Of a stretch of 64,000 nt of DNA, positions 51,343-62,115 are shown one piece after another (the first letter of the stretch is position 1; every line of letters starts with the position of its first letter). Position numbers and translations under genes: made by a program. Source of the DNA: Nitrospirales bacterium (GTDB lineage Bacteria > Nitrospirota > Nitrospiria > Nitrospirales > UBA8639); the NCBI GenBank assembly GCA_965223295.1, contig CBDCWC010000003.1, positions 1,504,001 to 1,568,000 of the forward strand. The letters are read 5' to 3'. The notes beneath the pieces were generated by a model. That model saw only the letters and a list, made by a program, of their open reading frames with translations, had not been told where the DNA came from and ran no database searches.

Positions 51343-53439
51343 ATGGCTATCTTTGTTTTGATTCCTTTGCTCCCTCTCCTTGCCTCGGTTCTCCTTCTTC
51401 TTGGAGGACGGCGATGGGGTGAGCAAAGTCACCGGATCGGAATTCCTGCTATAGGCCTGTCGTTTGGTTTGTCAGTGCTCGCTTTTCTTGAGGTCTTGCG
51501 TAACGGGCCTTTCTCTCTCTCTCTTTATCGTTTCTTTCAGTCTGGATCGTTATCCATTGACTTAGGTTTGTTTGTTGATCAACTCACCGTCCTGCTTTTG
51601 CTCTTGGTCACAGGGGTGAGTGGTGTGGTGCATGTGTATTCTTCCCGGTACATGATTGGAGACCCACGATACAACCGATTCTTTGCGGTCATCGCGTTGT
51701 TTACCTTTTCTATGGTGTTGCTTGTCATGAGTAACAACCTGTTGATGTTGTTGGTCAGTTGGGAAATTATGGGGATCTGTTCGTATCTCTTGATTTCCCA
51801 TGCCGCACAGCGACCCTCGGCAGGTCGGGCAGCGACCAAGGCGTTTTTGGTCAATGCGGTGGCGGATGTCGGGCTCAGTTTCGGAATTATTTTGACGTTT
51901 TTCACATTCGGCACGCTTGACATCCAAACTATCCTCACTGAGGCCGAAAGCATGCAGCATCAGAGGATCAATATTCTGGGATGGATGGGAGGAAATCTCC
52001 TCGTCAATCCAGTAACGCTTATTCCTTTCTTTTTATTCATCGGGGCTATGGGTAAGTCAGCTCAAATGCCGTTTCATATATGGTTGCCGTTTGCCATGGA
52101 AGCCCCCACTCCGGTGTCGGCATTGATTCACGCGGCGACCATGGTAAACGCCGGTCCGTTCCTGCTTGTGCGATTGAGCCCCTTGCTCGTCCTTTCTCCG
52201 TTCACTATGACCTTCATTGCGGTCATTGGAGCCACTACTGCGCTGTTCGCTGGTATTGTTTCCCTGACGCAGTCTGACATTAAAAAGATTTTGGCATATT
52301 CCACGATTAGCCAAATTGGTTTCATGATTATGACCTGCGGTTTAGGTGCATTCGTCGTGACGATTTTTCACCTGCTTGCTCATGGTTGTTATAAAGCGTT
52401 CTTCTTTCTTTCAACGGGGAATGCGCTTCGATCCGTCGCTCAAGGTCATGCCCATAGAGAGCAGGAGTATCATGCACCTCAAGGTATGGGCGTGTTGTAT
52501 GGTGGTGCGCTGTTATTGGCGTTGATTCCTCCGATTATTCTGTTTTCAGGTGCGTATGAAAACTTGTGGGGAGTGATGGGATTTGCTTCTGCCACAATTG
52601 GATTCCGCGTCATTGGTCTGATCACAGTGTTTGTGGCTTCTATGTATCTCTTCCGAAGCGTCACGTCGTTATTTGTTCATGGTCCAAAGACATATTGGCC
52701 GGTATCAGGCCAATCGGCGTTGCAGACACAATCCATTCGACCACAGTTTGTGAATGGTTCGATAATGGTTGGTCTTCTCATTGTCACGGTGATCGTAGGA
52801 GTAGCATTGACGCTGTTTTGGAGTTGGTTTGTCAGCTTCCTTGCTCCCGCATTAGCCCTTGCTGGTGTTGCGACGAATGAAGGAACGGTTGGGATCGGTT
52901 TCTCGATTTGGCTTCTGGGGGCTATTGGGATGGCCATTTCGGGATGGGTTTGTGCGTATTCGTGCGCTCAACCTGGCTCGCAAGTTGTCTGGTCAACTAG
53001 TAAAAACACAAGGTTATACATGCTCTTCTGGAATAAATGTTATTTTGATGAATTTTATGATGCCTATTTAGTGAACCCGACCATTCGATTTTCCCATTGG
53101 CTCTGGCACATGATTGATGTTGGGGTCATCGATAGATTCATACATTCCATCGCAACCTATTCCATTCTCTTTGCACGTTGGCTCTGGCGGATTGTGGATA
53201 TCAAAGGTATTGATCGAATGGTGATGGGTATTGGACGACAGAGCGTTGGTATGAGTGGATGGCTTTGGAAAGTGGTGGATATTCGATGGTTGGAAAAGAC
53301 AGTCAGTCAAGTGGGTAGCCAAGCAGATACGGCAGGGCAATTATTGCAAGAGGTCGAACCTCGTACCATTCAACATCAATTACTCGTCATGATACTTTGG
53401 CTGGTCTTGGCAACCGGACTATTATATATCTTGGTTTAA
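51343..53439 (+). CDS. NuoL/DabB-like proton-translocating subunit with an extended lateral helix
   Basis: WEIMG, GKSAQMPFHIWLPFAMEAPTPVSALIHAA and HLLAHGCYKAFFFL; NuoL-type tail NK.YFDE.Y with three WLW..D...ID units. Confidence 0.88.
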   Translation: MAIFVLIPLLPLLASVLLLLGGRRWGEQSHRIGIPAIGLSFGLSVLAFLEVLRNGPFSLSLYRFFQSGSLSIDLGLFVDQLTVLLLLLVTGVSGVVHVYSSRYMIGDPRYNRFFAVIALFTFSMVLLVMSNNLLMLLVSWEIMGICSYLLISHAAQRPSAGRAATKAFLVNAVADVGLSFGIILTFFTFGTLDIQTILTEAESMQHQRINILGWMGGNLLVNPVTLIPFFLFIGAMGKSAQMPFHIWLPFAMEAPTPVSALIHAATMVNAGPFLLVRLSPLLVLSPFTMTFIAVIGATTALFAGIVSLTQSDIKKILAYSTISQIGFMIMTCGLGAFVVTIFHLLAHGCYKAFFFLSTGNALRSVAQGHAHREQEYHAPQGMGVLYGGALLLALIPPIILFSGAYENLWGVMGFASATIGFRVIGLITVFVASMYLFRSVTSLFVHGPKTYWPVSGQSALQTQSIRPQFVNGSIMVGLLIVTVIVGVALTLFWSWFVSFLAPALALAGVATNEGTVGIGFSIWLLGAIGMAISGWVCAYSCAQPGSQVVWSTSKNTRLYMLFWNKCYFDEFYDAYLVNPTIRFSHWLWHMIDVGVIDRFIHSIATYSILFARWLWRIVDIKGIDRMVMGIGRQSVGMSGWLWKVVDIRWLEKTVSQVGSQADTAGQLLQEVEPRTIQHQLLVMILWLVLATGLLYILV
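53089..53331 (+). repeat. Three tandem 81-bp / 27-aa intragenic repeats
   Basis: FSHWLWHMIDVGVIDR... / FARWLWRIVDIKGIDR... / MSGWLWKVVDIRWLEK... starting at 53089, 53170 and 53251. Confidence 0.85.
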
Positions 53440-53472
53440 CCATCTGTTTCTTAAAGAATAAAGATTAAACAT

Positions 53473-54978
53473 ATGGGCATATTGATGGATCACATCATTA
53501 GTTGGATGGTTGCTGTTCCTTTTTTAGGAATCGGGATTCTTGCGTTTGTCCGTGATGAAGAATGGATTAGACGAGTCGCCTTTGGTGCCACCATGGTGGA
53601 GTTTTTCCTCTCGATGGTCCTTTGGAGCAGTTTTGATTTTACCCAACAAGGTATGCAATTCGTTGAACGTGTGGAGTGGATGCCCACCTTCAATATTCAA
53701 TATGCCGTTGGCGTGGATGGGATCAGTATCCTGTTAGTCATCCTTACTGCTCTTCTGTGCCCACTTTGTGTTCTGTGTTCGTGGAACGCTATCACTACGC
53801 GAGTGCGAGCGTATCTGTCGCTGATCTTGCTTGTTGAAGGTGCGATGATTGTTGTCTTTACAGCTTTAGATCTTTTCCTCTTCTTCATGTTGTGGGAACT
53901 CACCATGATTCCCATGTATTTTATGATTATTTTGTGGGGAGGTCCGAATCGTATCACAGCAGGAATTAAATTTGTCTTGTACAGTCTGACGGGCAGCTTG
54001 TTATTGCTCGTGGGAATTCTTGGCCTCTACTTAGAAGGTGGGCATACCTACGATCTGTTGGTTCTCAGCGAACAAACGTATTCCTCTAGAACGCAATTCT
54101 GGCTATTTCTTGCGCTCTTCTTAGCGTTTGCCATCAAAATGCCCATGGTGCCATTTCACACCTGGTTGCCTGACGCACATTCCGAGGCCCCAACAGTCGG
54201 TAGCGTCATTTTAGCTGGAGTGCTGTTGAAAATGGGGGGCTATGGATTCTTGCGCTTTTGTTTGCCAATGTTTCCCGAAGCTTCGGTGAAATTTGCGCCG
54301 TATATATTATGGCTCTCTGTCATTGCCATTATCTATGGAGGCTACATGGCTTTGGCACAGTCTGATCTCAAAAAACTCGTCGCGTATTCCTCGGTCTCAC
54401 ATATGGGATTTGTCACTCTTGGGATCTTTGTTTTTAACAGTCAGGGAATCCAGGGCGCCATTTTACAAATGTTTAATCACGGGATTACCACTGCGGCTTT
54501 ATTTATTTCAGTGGGGCAACTCTATGATCGCACCCACAGCCGAGCCATCGGTGATTACGGGGGGTTGCATAAGCCCATGCCTAGGTTCGTAGCATTATTC
54601 TTTTTGTTCTCAGTTGCGTCATTTGGACTGCCGGGTACCTGTAATTTTATTGGTGAATTTTTGGTGCTTGTTGGGACGTCCTATGTCAATTTCGCGATGG
54701 TCTTGATTTCTATGGGAGGGATTGTCTTAGCCGCGGCCTATATGCTGTGGATGCTACAACGTTTGGCTTTAGGCGAACCGAACAAAGAAGTTGTGAGAGT
54801 GCTGCCAGACTTAACAAGTCGAGAATTAGCCACCGTAATTCCTCTAGCGGTACTTGTCCTCTGGATCGGACTATATCCGGGCCCATTGATGGAGATGATG
54901 GATGCGAGTGTGACTCATCTCGTTCAGCAGGTCGCTGCGTATGAATCCGCTCTTCCTGAGCACACGGTCTTACGTTAA
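53473..54978 (+). CDS. nuoM: NuoM-like antiporter subunit
   Basis: GVDGIS, WE...PMY, KMPMVPFHTWLPDAH.EAP, LKMGGYG, DLKKLVAYSSVSHMG and F.GEF motifs. Confidence 0.9.
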   Translation: MGILMDHIISWMVAVPFLGIGILAFVRDEEWIRRVAFGATMVEFFLSMVLWSSFDFTQQGMQFVERVEWMPTFNIQYAVGVDGISILLVILTALLCPLCVLCSWNAITTRVRAYLSLILLVEGAMIVVFTALDLFLFFMLWELTMIPMYFMIILWGGPNRITAGIKFVLYSLTGSLLLLVGILGLYLEGGHTYDLLVLSEQTYSSRTQFWLFLALFLAFAIKMPMVPFHTWLPDAHSEAPTVGSVILAGVLLKMGGYGFLRFCLPMFPEASVKFAPYILWLSVIAIIYGGYMALAQSDLKKLVAYSSVSHMGFVTLGIFVFNSQGIQGAILQMFNHGITTAALFISVGQLYDRTHSRAIGDYGGLHKPMPRFVALFFLFSVASFGLPGTCNFIGEFLVLVGTSYVNFAMVLISMGGIVLAAAYMLWMLQRLALGEPNKEVVRVLPDLTSRELATVIPLAVLVLWIGLYPGPLMEMMDASVTHLVQQVAAYESALPEHTVLR

Positions 54979-55036
54979 ATCATCGTTGTACAGATCATTT
55001 CAATGGAGCAGCATTTCCATTATGATGAGATGCTAT

Positions 55037-56461
55037 CTAAGATTGTCTTTCCTGGTGGCGCAAAAGCATTTCATAATTCTGTTGGTAGAGTTGGGCGGTG
55101 GGATGATCAATGCCGAACGCTTCAGTAATGATTGGAATAGCGCGTTCATACAACGTGAGGGCCTCTTGAGTGTGCCCTTGAAGTTTCAAGACAGAGGCAA
55201 GGTTGTTCAACGTTGAAGCTACTTTAGGATGGTGAAGGCCTAGGGATTTTTCTCTGATTTCTAGGGCCTCTTCATAAAGGCGTCGAGCTTGGATGAGTTG
55301 ACCCTGCCTCTGCCGCAAGCCTGCATAGTTGGTCAAAAGAGTCGCCACTTGTAAATGGTCTGATCCAAGGTTTTCACGAGCACGGGACAGGGCCTCGAGG
55401 TAAAGAGATTCGGCTTTCGAGAACTGGTCCCGGCTTTGATGAAGTTCAGCCACATTATTTAATATCGTCACATGTTGATGGGGATGGGGGTTTGGGGATC
55501 GGTATAAAAGGATCAGGGCTTCTTTGTAGTGGTCATGTGCGAGGGTGTATTGCTGCTGTTCTTGGTACAAGCTCCCCAAGTTTTGTTGCAGTGTAATCTT
55601 AGAAGAAAAGTCAGAATATGGGAGGCGTTCAACGATGTCTAATGCTTGCTTGTAAAGCGACTCGGCGGGTGTATATTCCTGTTGTATGTGATGGAGCCGT
55701 GCCGCATTGTTCAAGACTCTGACTAATTGCGGGTCTACCCCTGAAGCCTTCTTGAGGTATCCAATAGCTTGCCGATATTCCTGTTGGGCCTCAATGTATC
55801 GGCCTTGCGCTTGAAGCACTTCTCCTAATGTATTGATCGTAATTCCTAACGTGCTGTAGGGAGGGTGTTTCCGTTGTTCCAACAAAGCAAGAGCTCGACG
55901 GATAGAGATTTCAGATTTAGAAAATTGTTCTTGTTTCCAATAGAGCTCGCCAAGATTGGTGATTGTTGAGGCCATCAGAAGGGTATCAGGAGGTTTTTGT
56001 TGTTCCAAAATTTCTAATGCCCGTTCTAGTAACCTTTCAGCTTCATCGAGTTTTCCTTGTGTTCGATAAATAATAGCTAGATTGTTCAGGCTCGTCGCCA
56101 GCTCAGGGTGGGATGCCCCAAGTGTTTTTTCTAATAATTCAATGGTCTGGTGGTAATCGGTCTCAGCTTGCCCCAAGAGCCCTAGGGCATATTGTGTTCG
56201 GGCCATATGGTAATGACTATTGGCTAAGCGGAGGTTGTCCGTCTTGAGTGCATGCGCTGATTCTTTGGCGGCATTGAAATGTTCTAGGGCTTCTGTGAAT
56301 TGTCTTCGATCGTAGGCTTTTGTCCCTTCGTCAATGGCCAATTCCCATGAATCGATATTGTGGGAACAGCCCGCGAAGATTCCCGAAAAGACTACAAATC
56401 CTAAGCTAAGGATATTCAGAAACCACCGTCTCAAAATTGAATGTAGGAAAGGCATCATCAT
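55037..56461 (-). CDS. Tetratricopeptide-repeat lipoprotein (kinesin light chain-type TPR)
   Basis: FAGC lipobox; repeated HP..A..LNNLA units. Confidence 0.88.
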   Translation of the reverse strand: MMMPFLHSILRRWFLNILSLGFVVFSGIFAGCSHNIDSWELAIDEGTKAYDRRQFTEALEHFNAAKESAHALKTDNLRLANSHYHMARTQYALGLLGQAETDYHQTIELLEKTLGASHPELATSLNNLAIIYRTQGKLDEAERLLERALEILEQQKPPDTLLMASTITNLGELYWKQEQFSKSEISIRRALALLEQRKHPPYSTLGITINTLGEVLQAQGRYIEAQQEYRQAIGYLKKASGVDPQLVRVLNNAARLHHIQQEYTPAESLYKQALDIVERLPYSDFSSKITLQQNLGSLYQEQQQYTLAHDHYKEALILLYRSPNPHPHQHVTILNNVAELHQSRDQFSKAESLYLEALSRARENLGSDHLQVATLLTNYAGLRQRQGQLIQARRLYEEALEIREKSLGLHHPKVASTLNNLASVLKLQGHTQEALTLYERAIPIITEAFGIDHPTAQLYQQNYEMLLRHQERQS

Positions 56462-56769
56462 GTCCGTAATGGTGAAGTGAAGAGGCTTTGGGAGTCAACC
56501 CTCATTGAGGAGGGAGCCTGGAAAGAAAAATACTGTTCACCATGGCTTGGGAGCTAGCATTGATGGACAGTGTTCTTGCTTATGTTAAAATGCGTTTTTT
56601 TATGGGAAAACGGTGCTTTTTTCTTGTTATTGTCTCAAGAATGTTCTTCGGGATGCCGAAAGGATTGGAACAGGTCCAATCAATTGCCGACTCAATGGAA
56701 TGTAGAGGCTCCTTGTTCCATAGAATGTGCATCTCTGAGTAACAGAGGTAAATTCATGAAGGCAATCGG

Positions 56770-57033
56770 ATGAAGAAAAGTAGGTGCCTGAGGATGTATG
56801 GTTGGGTTTTTGTTGTTTGGGGTATTGTCGGCCTTGGATGTACCCAATTTGTGACAGTCTATTGGTCAAAACCCGGAGCAGGCAATGCCGAATTGCAACG
56901 GGATAAAGATGAGTGTCAGTCTCTACAACGGGCAGTCGGATTAGATGAAAGTCGAATAGAAAAATGTCTTGTAGCAAAGGGATGGGAGCAAGTCAGCCAA
57001 GAAAAAGGATCGCCTGCTTCAAATTCCGAATGA
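56770..57033 (+). CDS. Small lipoprotein
   Basis: GLGC lipobox; W.KPG...D..EC...C...KGW pattern. Confidence 0.7.
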   Translation: MKKSRCLRMYGWVFVVWGIVGLGCTQFVTVYWSKPGAGNAELQRDKDECQSLQRAVGLDESRIEKCLVAKGWEQVSQEKGSPASNSE

Positions 57034-57097
57034 ATAAAAAATTAAATATTTCCTATGGGCTGCAGGTTTGTGATGAGATCTATGTGGATGGAGGAGT

Positions 57098-58249
57098 ATG
57101 TTTATGAATAGGACAAAAATCATCGTTGCCATTCTCGTATGCTGGATGCTTGCGGGTTGTGCGAGCCAACAGGCTCATGAACGGGCTATGGAAGAGTTAG
57201 AAATGGCTAGCCAAAACTCTGCCCAAGAAGTTGAGCGGCTGCAACGCATTGTTGAGGAGCAGCAGGCTCAAGTTCTCCAACTGGAGGAAAATAAGCAAGA
57301 ACTTGAAAAGGCAATTGAAACCAAAGAAACGGCTGTCGTCCGACTTCAGGAGAAAAATGTTGACTTAGTAGACGAGGTAAAGCTTAAAGAACAAGAAAAG
57401 GAAGAGCAACTGCAAACGGTGAAATCTGAACTGCAAACACTGTATTCCGAGATTGCTGGGTTACAAGAGTTGACCGGGGTTGGGTCATTTTCGAAAGGAA
57501 GCTTGGAAGGGGACGACCTGAGTGATTTAAGCAATATGGCCAAAGCCTTTCAACATGTTCGGGATACTCTGCAGTCGCAAATTGATCATTTTTCTCAATT
57601 GCAACAGAACAACAAAGCATTAGAGCAAAATCTCGTTCAACTAGAGGACCGCCTGAAAAATGTTGAGCGGTTGAAAAGAGAGTTGGAAGAAGTGCGAGCA
57701 GCTCGTGAGGCGCAAGAGTCTCAACTAGCCAAAGTGAAACAGGAAGTCAATACCGTGAGCCGAGAAATTGACCGCATTACGCAAGCTCTGGAAGAAAAAT
57801 TTGGGAAGAGCTTAGTGGTGACTCAGCATCAGGACCGATTGGTCTTAACGATGCTCGGGCAAATTTTATTTGCCTCGGGAGAAGCACAACTTACGCCCTT
57901 GGGCCTTGATATTATGAAGCAAGTTGGGGAAGTGTTAGCAACATTGCCCAACAAGAATATCCAAGTGGAAGGCCATACCGACAATAATCCTATTTATGGC
58001 CGGCTTCAAAAAAGATTTCCGACGAATTGGGAATTATCAACGGCCCGGGCCACGACTGTGCTTCGGTATTTGATTGAGCAAACCGGTATGGATCCGAAAG
58101 ATTTCGCCGCTACCGGCTATGCTGATACACGGCCAGCTGTGGCAAACGACACTGATGAAGGGCGGGCTCAAAATCGTCGTGTGGAAATTGTGCTGTATCC
58201 AGAACGAGTTATTGATGATACCAAGAAAATGGCCACCCTTGCTCAATAA
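57098..58249 (+). CDS. OmpA/MotB-family peptidoglycan-binding lipoprotein with a coiled coil
   Basis: LAGC lipobox; EGHTD, NWELSTARA and NRRVEI motifs. Confidence 0.92.
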   Translation: MFMNRTKIIVAILVCWMLAGCASQQAHERAMEELEMASQNSAQEVERLQRIVEEQQAQVLQLEENKQELEKAIETKETAVVRLQEKNVDLVDEVKLKEQEKEEQLQTVKSELQTLYSEIAGLQELTGVGSFSKGSLEGDDLSDLSNMAKAFQHVRDTLQSQIDHFSQLQQNNKALEQNLVQLEDRLKNVERLKRELEEVRAAREAQESQLAKVKQEVNTVSREIDRITQALEEKFGKSLVVTQHQDRLVLTMLGQILFASGEAQLTPLGLDIMKQVGEVLATLPNKNIQVEGHTDNNPIYGRLQKRFPTNWELSTARATTVLRYLIEQTGMDPKDFAATGYADTRPAVANDTDEGRAQNRRVEIVLYPERVIDDTKKMATLAQ

Positions 58250-58297
58250 GTAGAGAGCCTTCTTTTAGAATTCTGCTTCAGCTTCGTCAGATACATC

Positions 58298-59893
58298 TTA
58301 ATGGTGTGTTGACACTCCAGTATCGCTGCTTGGGATTGGATGATGCTGAATGAGGTTCAGATCATACAAAGCCAAGGTGGCGGGCGCGAGGAAGACATAC
58401 GCCGCCAATAAGCCCACTAGCGTCATCGTGATTGTATAGGGCAGCGCCATCCACACCATTTTCCCATATGACAAGCGAATGATGGGGGCTAAAGACGAGG
58501 TCAACAAGAACAAAAAGGCTGCCTGCCCATTCGGCGTCGCCACACTGGGAATATTGGTGCCCGTATTAATGGCCACCGCCAACAAGTCGAACTGATCCCG
58601 CGTAATCGTGCCCGCCTGCAGTGCTCGAAAAACTTCATTGATATAGACCGTCGCCACAAACACATTGTCGCTAATGGATGAAAGAATGCCATTGGCTAAA
58701 TAAAACATCCCAATTTGATGCGTTCCATCCAGACTCAATCCATAGCCAATAATGCCCGTGAATAAGTTTTGCTCCTGGATCACCGCCACAATCGCAAAAA
58801 ACACCACTAAAAGAGCCGTAAAAGGGAGGGCCTCTTTAAAGGCTTCCCCTAATTGATGCTCCTCAATAATTCCGTTGAAAGCGGTAATGAGGATAATAAC
58901 CGTCAGGCCAATGATGCCTACCTCCGCCAGATGAAAGGCCAAGGCGATAATCAACCAAATGCCGGCCACGGCTTGGACAATGAGCTTGGCCTTATCATCG
59001 TTATCGCGGCGGTTTGTTTGTTCCGTTTCATACTCCACTAAAATATGCCGCACCGGCTCGGGGAGTTGATAGCCATAGTCAAACCACCGCAGCTTCTCAA
59101 CTAGTAGACATGTGGCTAAACCCATGAGAAGGACTGGCAGGGTAATCGGGGCCATGCGAAAGACAAACTCCATAAATTGCCAGCTGGCCCGATCGGCAAT
59201 TAACAGATTTTGAGGCTCGCCCACTAAGGTACAGACCCCGCCTAAGGCGGTGCCGACGGCCCCATGCATCATCAGATTCCGGAGAAAGCCGCGAAAGTTC
59301 TCCAAGTTCTCTCGATTTAATTCCTGCACGTCGTGATCACTGGTATGGTCATGGGAGCTGGTATAAGACTTGCCAGAGGCTACGCGGTGATAGATGCTAT
59401 AAAAGCCCGTCGCGACGGCAATGATGACGGCGGTGACCGTGAGGGCATCCAGAAAAGCGGAGAGAAAGCCGCCCATGAGCGAAAACAGCAGGGCGAGCCA
59501 TTGTTTGGACTGGACGCCCAGGAGGATCTTGGTAAAGAGAAACAACAAGAGATCTTTCATGAAGTAAATACCTGCCACCATAAACATCAACAGCAGGATG
59601 ACCTGGAAATTATTCACGGTTTCGTGGTAGACCATGGCGGGGGTGGTCAGGCCCAGCAGGACGGCTTCCATGGCCAACAGGCCCCCTGGTTGGAGGGGGT
59701 AGCTTTTAAGGGCCATGGCGAGGGTGAAGATAAACTCCAGGATGAGCACCCACCCCGTCACGAAGGGGCCAGCCAAGAGCAGCAGGATAGGATTGAATAG
59801 CAGAAACCCCAGGATGGTGAGCTTGTACCAGGCGGGGGTGTGATTGAGAAAGTTCTGCGCCAGTTCCTGCGCAATACTACGTGTTATTGGCAT
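58298..59893 (-). CDS. nhaB: Na+/H+ antiporter NhaB
   Basis: [39 protein letters not shown] and [16 protein letters not shown]; start at ATG 59893. Confidence 0.95.
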   Translation of the reverse strand: MPITRSIAQELAQNFLNHTPAWYKLTILGFLLFNPILLLLAGPFVTGWVLILEFIFTLAMALKSYPLQPGGLLAMEAVLLGLTTPAMVYHETVNNFQVILLLMFMVAGIYFMKDLLLFLFTKILLGVQSKQWLALLFSLMGGFLSAFLDALTVTAVIIAVATGFYSIYHRVASGKSYTSSHDHTSDHDVQELNRENLENFRGFLRNLMMHGAVGTALGGVCTLVGEPQNLLIADRASWQFMEFVFRMAPITLPVLLMGLATCLLVEKLRWFDYGYQLPEPVRHILVEYETEQTNRRDNDDKAKLIVQAVAGIWLIIALAFHLAEVGIIGLTVIILITAFNGIIEEHQLGEAFKEALPFTALLVVFFAIVAVIQEQNLFTGIIGYGLSLDGTHQIGMFYLANGILSSISDNVFVATVYINEVFRALQAGTITRDQFDLLAVAINTGTNIPSVATPNGQAAFLFLLTSSLAPIIRLSYGKMVWMALPYTITMTLVGLLAAYVFLAPATLALYDLNLIQHHPIPSSDTGVSTHH

Positions 59894-60111
59894 GCGAGCC
59901 CTTTCCTTTGAAGCGACCACTGAGCGTTAGTAAGTGAGAACTCTGCTGAGGATATTCCTAAGGCACGTCATAGAGGAATTGAGACGAAAAGCCTTCTATC
60001 GAGGTACGCTTATTATAGGAAGCTATTTCCTTCTAATCAAAGCATAAAGGTATAAAAATGAGAAAAATTCTGTTTCCTTTTAGAGATGGACGCAATGAGG
60101 GATAGGTTCTC

Positions 60112-60465
60112 GTGATCAATGTTTACCATATTGCCGGGGTTGACGATCGAGAACGGGGCTTTAATCGGCAAGCTCAGGTGATTCTGCAAGGAGCGGTCTA
60201 TCAGGCTCGTTTGAGATATGAAGCCTTGCAACTTGAGGGGGAGTCGAATGAATCGGAAGGAGGGGCACTTCAAAGACTTATTCAACGCTTACATGCGCAT
60301 GGGTATACTCAATTGCGCACCCAACAAATTTTCCAAGGTGATCACTATCTAGGAAATCAGGAATTATGGGTGGACTACCCAGATCCCCAACTGCCTAAAA
60401 CAGAGTCCATTTCTTGGTTGATGCGGCTGCGACGTTTCTTGGGAGTGGGGAAAAGTAAGGAGTGA
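60112..60465 (+). CDS. Hypothetical protein
   Basis: 117 aa ORF with a GTG start and a purine-rich RBS. Confidence 0.6.
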   Translation: MINVYHIAGVDDRERGFNRQAQVILQGAVYQARLRYEALQLEGESNESEGGALQRLIQRLHAHGYTQLRTQQIFQGDHYLGNQELWVDYPDPQLPKTESISWLMRLRRFLGVGKSKE

Positions 60466-60523
60466 AGAAGGTCATGGCAGCAATTTTTTTTGCCTGAGCG
60501 TTTCCTATTCACTTCTTGTTGAG

Positions 60524-61864
60524 CTATGAGGTGCTGCATGATTCAAGGACAGGTGTTTGTGAAGGAAAATAGCTAATCATGCGCCGGGGGTTGAGACATT
60601 CTCGGATGTGGGGGGCTAGGTCACCTGGACGAATCGCATCTACAATCGTTAACGATTGGTCTTCTTCTGCTAAGTTGAGAACAATGGGTTCGTCTGTTGA
60701 GGAATGCTCATCATAGACGAGTACAATAGGACGGAGCCGATTGTCGAGATTCACGCTTGTGACAATCCCGATTTTTTGATTGCTCAAGTTCACCAAGGAA
60801 CCGGGTGGATACACCCCTAATTGTTTGATCAAAGAGACGATGGCTTCTTGCCAGAGACTTTGGCGACACTTTACGTATAAATATGAGAGGGCTTCCGAAG
60901 GAATGAGGGAACGCGTGGGGTCTGGGTGATGGCAGAGTTCGTCATAGAGATCGACAACCATCACAATTTTGGCAAAGGGGCTAATTTGTGACTCTTTTTT
61001 CCCTGAAGGCTGGCCTGTTCCATTTAAGCGTTCATGGTGTTGTTGAATGATATCAATAGCTTCATAGGGAAAATTCGGGGTTTTCTCTAAAATTTCTATG
61101 CCATATTTCACATGTGTGGCTAAAAACTTTATGTGTTCACCTGGCCCCATGGTTCCTTTTCGCAATAGAGTTTCAATTGGGTATTTGAGCTCTCCCACGT
61201 CATGAAAAAATGCGCCTAGGGCCAACTTCTGGTTTTCATCCCGACTGAAGCCAAGATCCAGGCCCACCATAAGAGACAGCGATGAAACATTCGAAGCATG
61301 AAGAAAAAATTCATCATTGGGTTCATTGGAGCCCATCAGATTGAGCAACGCTCTTGAATTTTCCGGTCCGTCTAATAAATCGAAAAGATTGTCGACGATC
61401 TGTTTGGCGGTTCGGAGCCCACGAGGGCGTCCTGCCACGACGTCTTGAACGGCCTGATTTGAATTTTGTAAAACCTCTTGGAACTGGTTTTCAACTTTCT
61501 GTAGGTGGTCTTGATAGACTTGAAACGCTTCATGTTGGGCCACTTTCCGCTGTAATGGGTCGTCAGTCAGCTCCTCTGCTTTTGGAGGAGATGAAGTGTC
61601 GACTTCCGCCTCAAGAGCGAAGTTTTCATTCGTGATGGTCTCAGATGATTCGAGAGTCGGTGAGTCTGGGGAATCTGGCTCTGGGTCTGAGCGTGGGATA
61701 TCAACAAACAATTTGACCTTTTTTAATCCCTTGAGTGTTTCAAGGTCTTTTTCCGTCTTGATCTTGAAAGAGTTTGTCGAAAAGGGATGACTGAACCAGG
61801 ATCCTTCAATCTTGATAAATAATCCTAGGCGTAGGGCAGAGGGGTTTAATGGAATAAATGCCAT
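60524..61864 (-). CDS. DUF3391 plus HD-GYP domain protein, paralog 1
   Basis: LRLGLFI..EGSWFSHPF, FHDVG, HHERLNGTGQP and LGVYPPGS. Confidence 0.9.
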   Translation of the reverse strand: MAFIPLNPSALRLGLFIKIEGSWFSHPFSTNSFKIKTEKDLETLKGLKKVKLFVDIPRSDPEPDSPDSPTLESSETITNENFALEAEVDTSSPPKAEELTDDPLQRKVAQHEAFQVYQDHLQKVENQFQEVLQNSNQAVQDVVAGRPRGLRTAKQIVDNLFDLLDGPENSRALLNLMGSNEPNDEFFLHASNVSSLSLMVGLDLGFSRDENQKLALGAFFHDVGELKYPIETLLRKGTMGPGEHIKFLATHVKYGIEILEKTPNFPYEAIDIIQQHHERLNGTGQPSGKKESQISPFAKIVMVVDLYDELCHHPDPTRSLIPSEALSYLYVKCRQSLWQEAIVSLIKQLGVYPPGSLVNLSNQKIGIVTSVNLDNRLRPIVLVYDEHSSTDEPIVLNLAEEDQSLTIVDAIRPGDLAPHIRECLNPRRMISYFPSQTPVLESCSTS

Positions 61865-62115
61865 CGTGATTAACTCAAACAATCTAAAAAACAATCAATA
61901 GGGATCAACTGCAAGGGAGCAGGTGCTCATAGACCTATACCCTGTAGTCTTTTCGGAGAACAACATGAGAAAATTAAGAGAAACAAAAAATTTTCTCTCA
62001 ACTAGAGAGAAATTGGTTAGGACACGCTCATACTATTTGGTGGGTGTCCTTATTCCTCAGTGAGCCGGCATGTTGACTTGCTGCGATGCAGCAGCGACAT
62101 AGTCATTACTAGGGC

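Noticed and set aside
47431-54978. Second respiratory complex I or membrane-bound hydrogenase
   Set aside because: No NuoB/C/D/H/I or hydrogenase subunits in the cluster.
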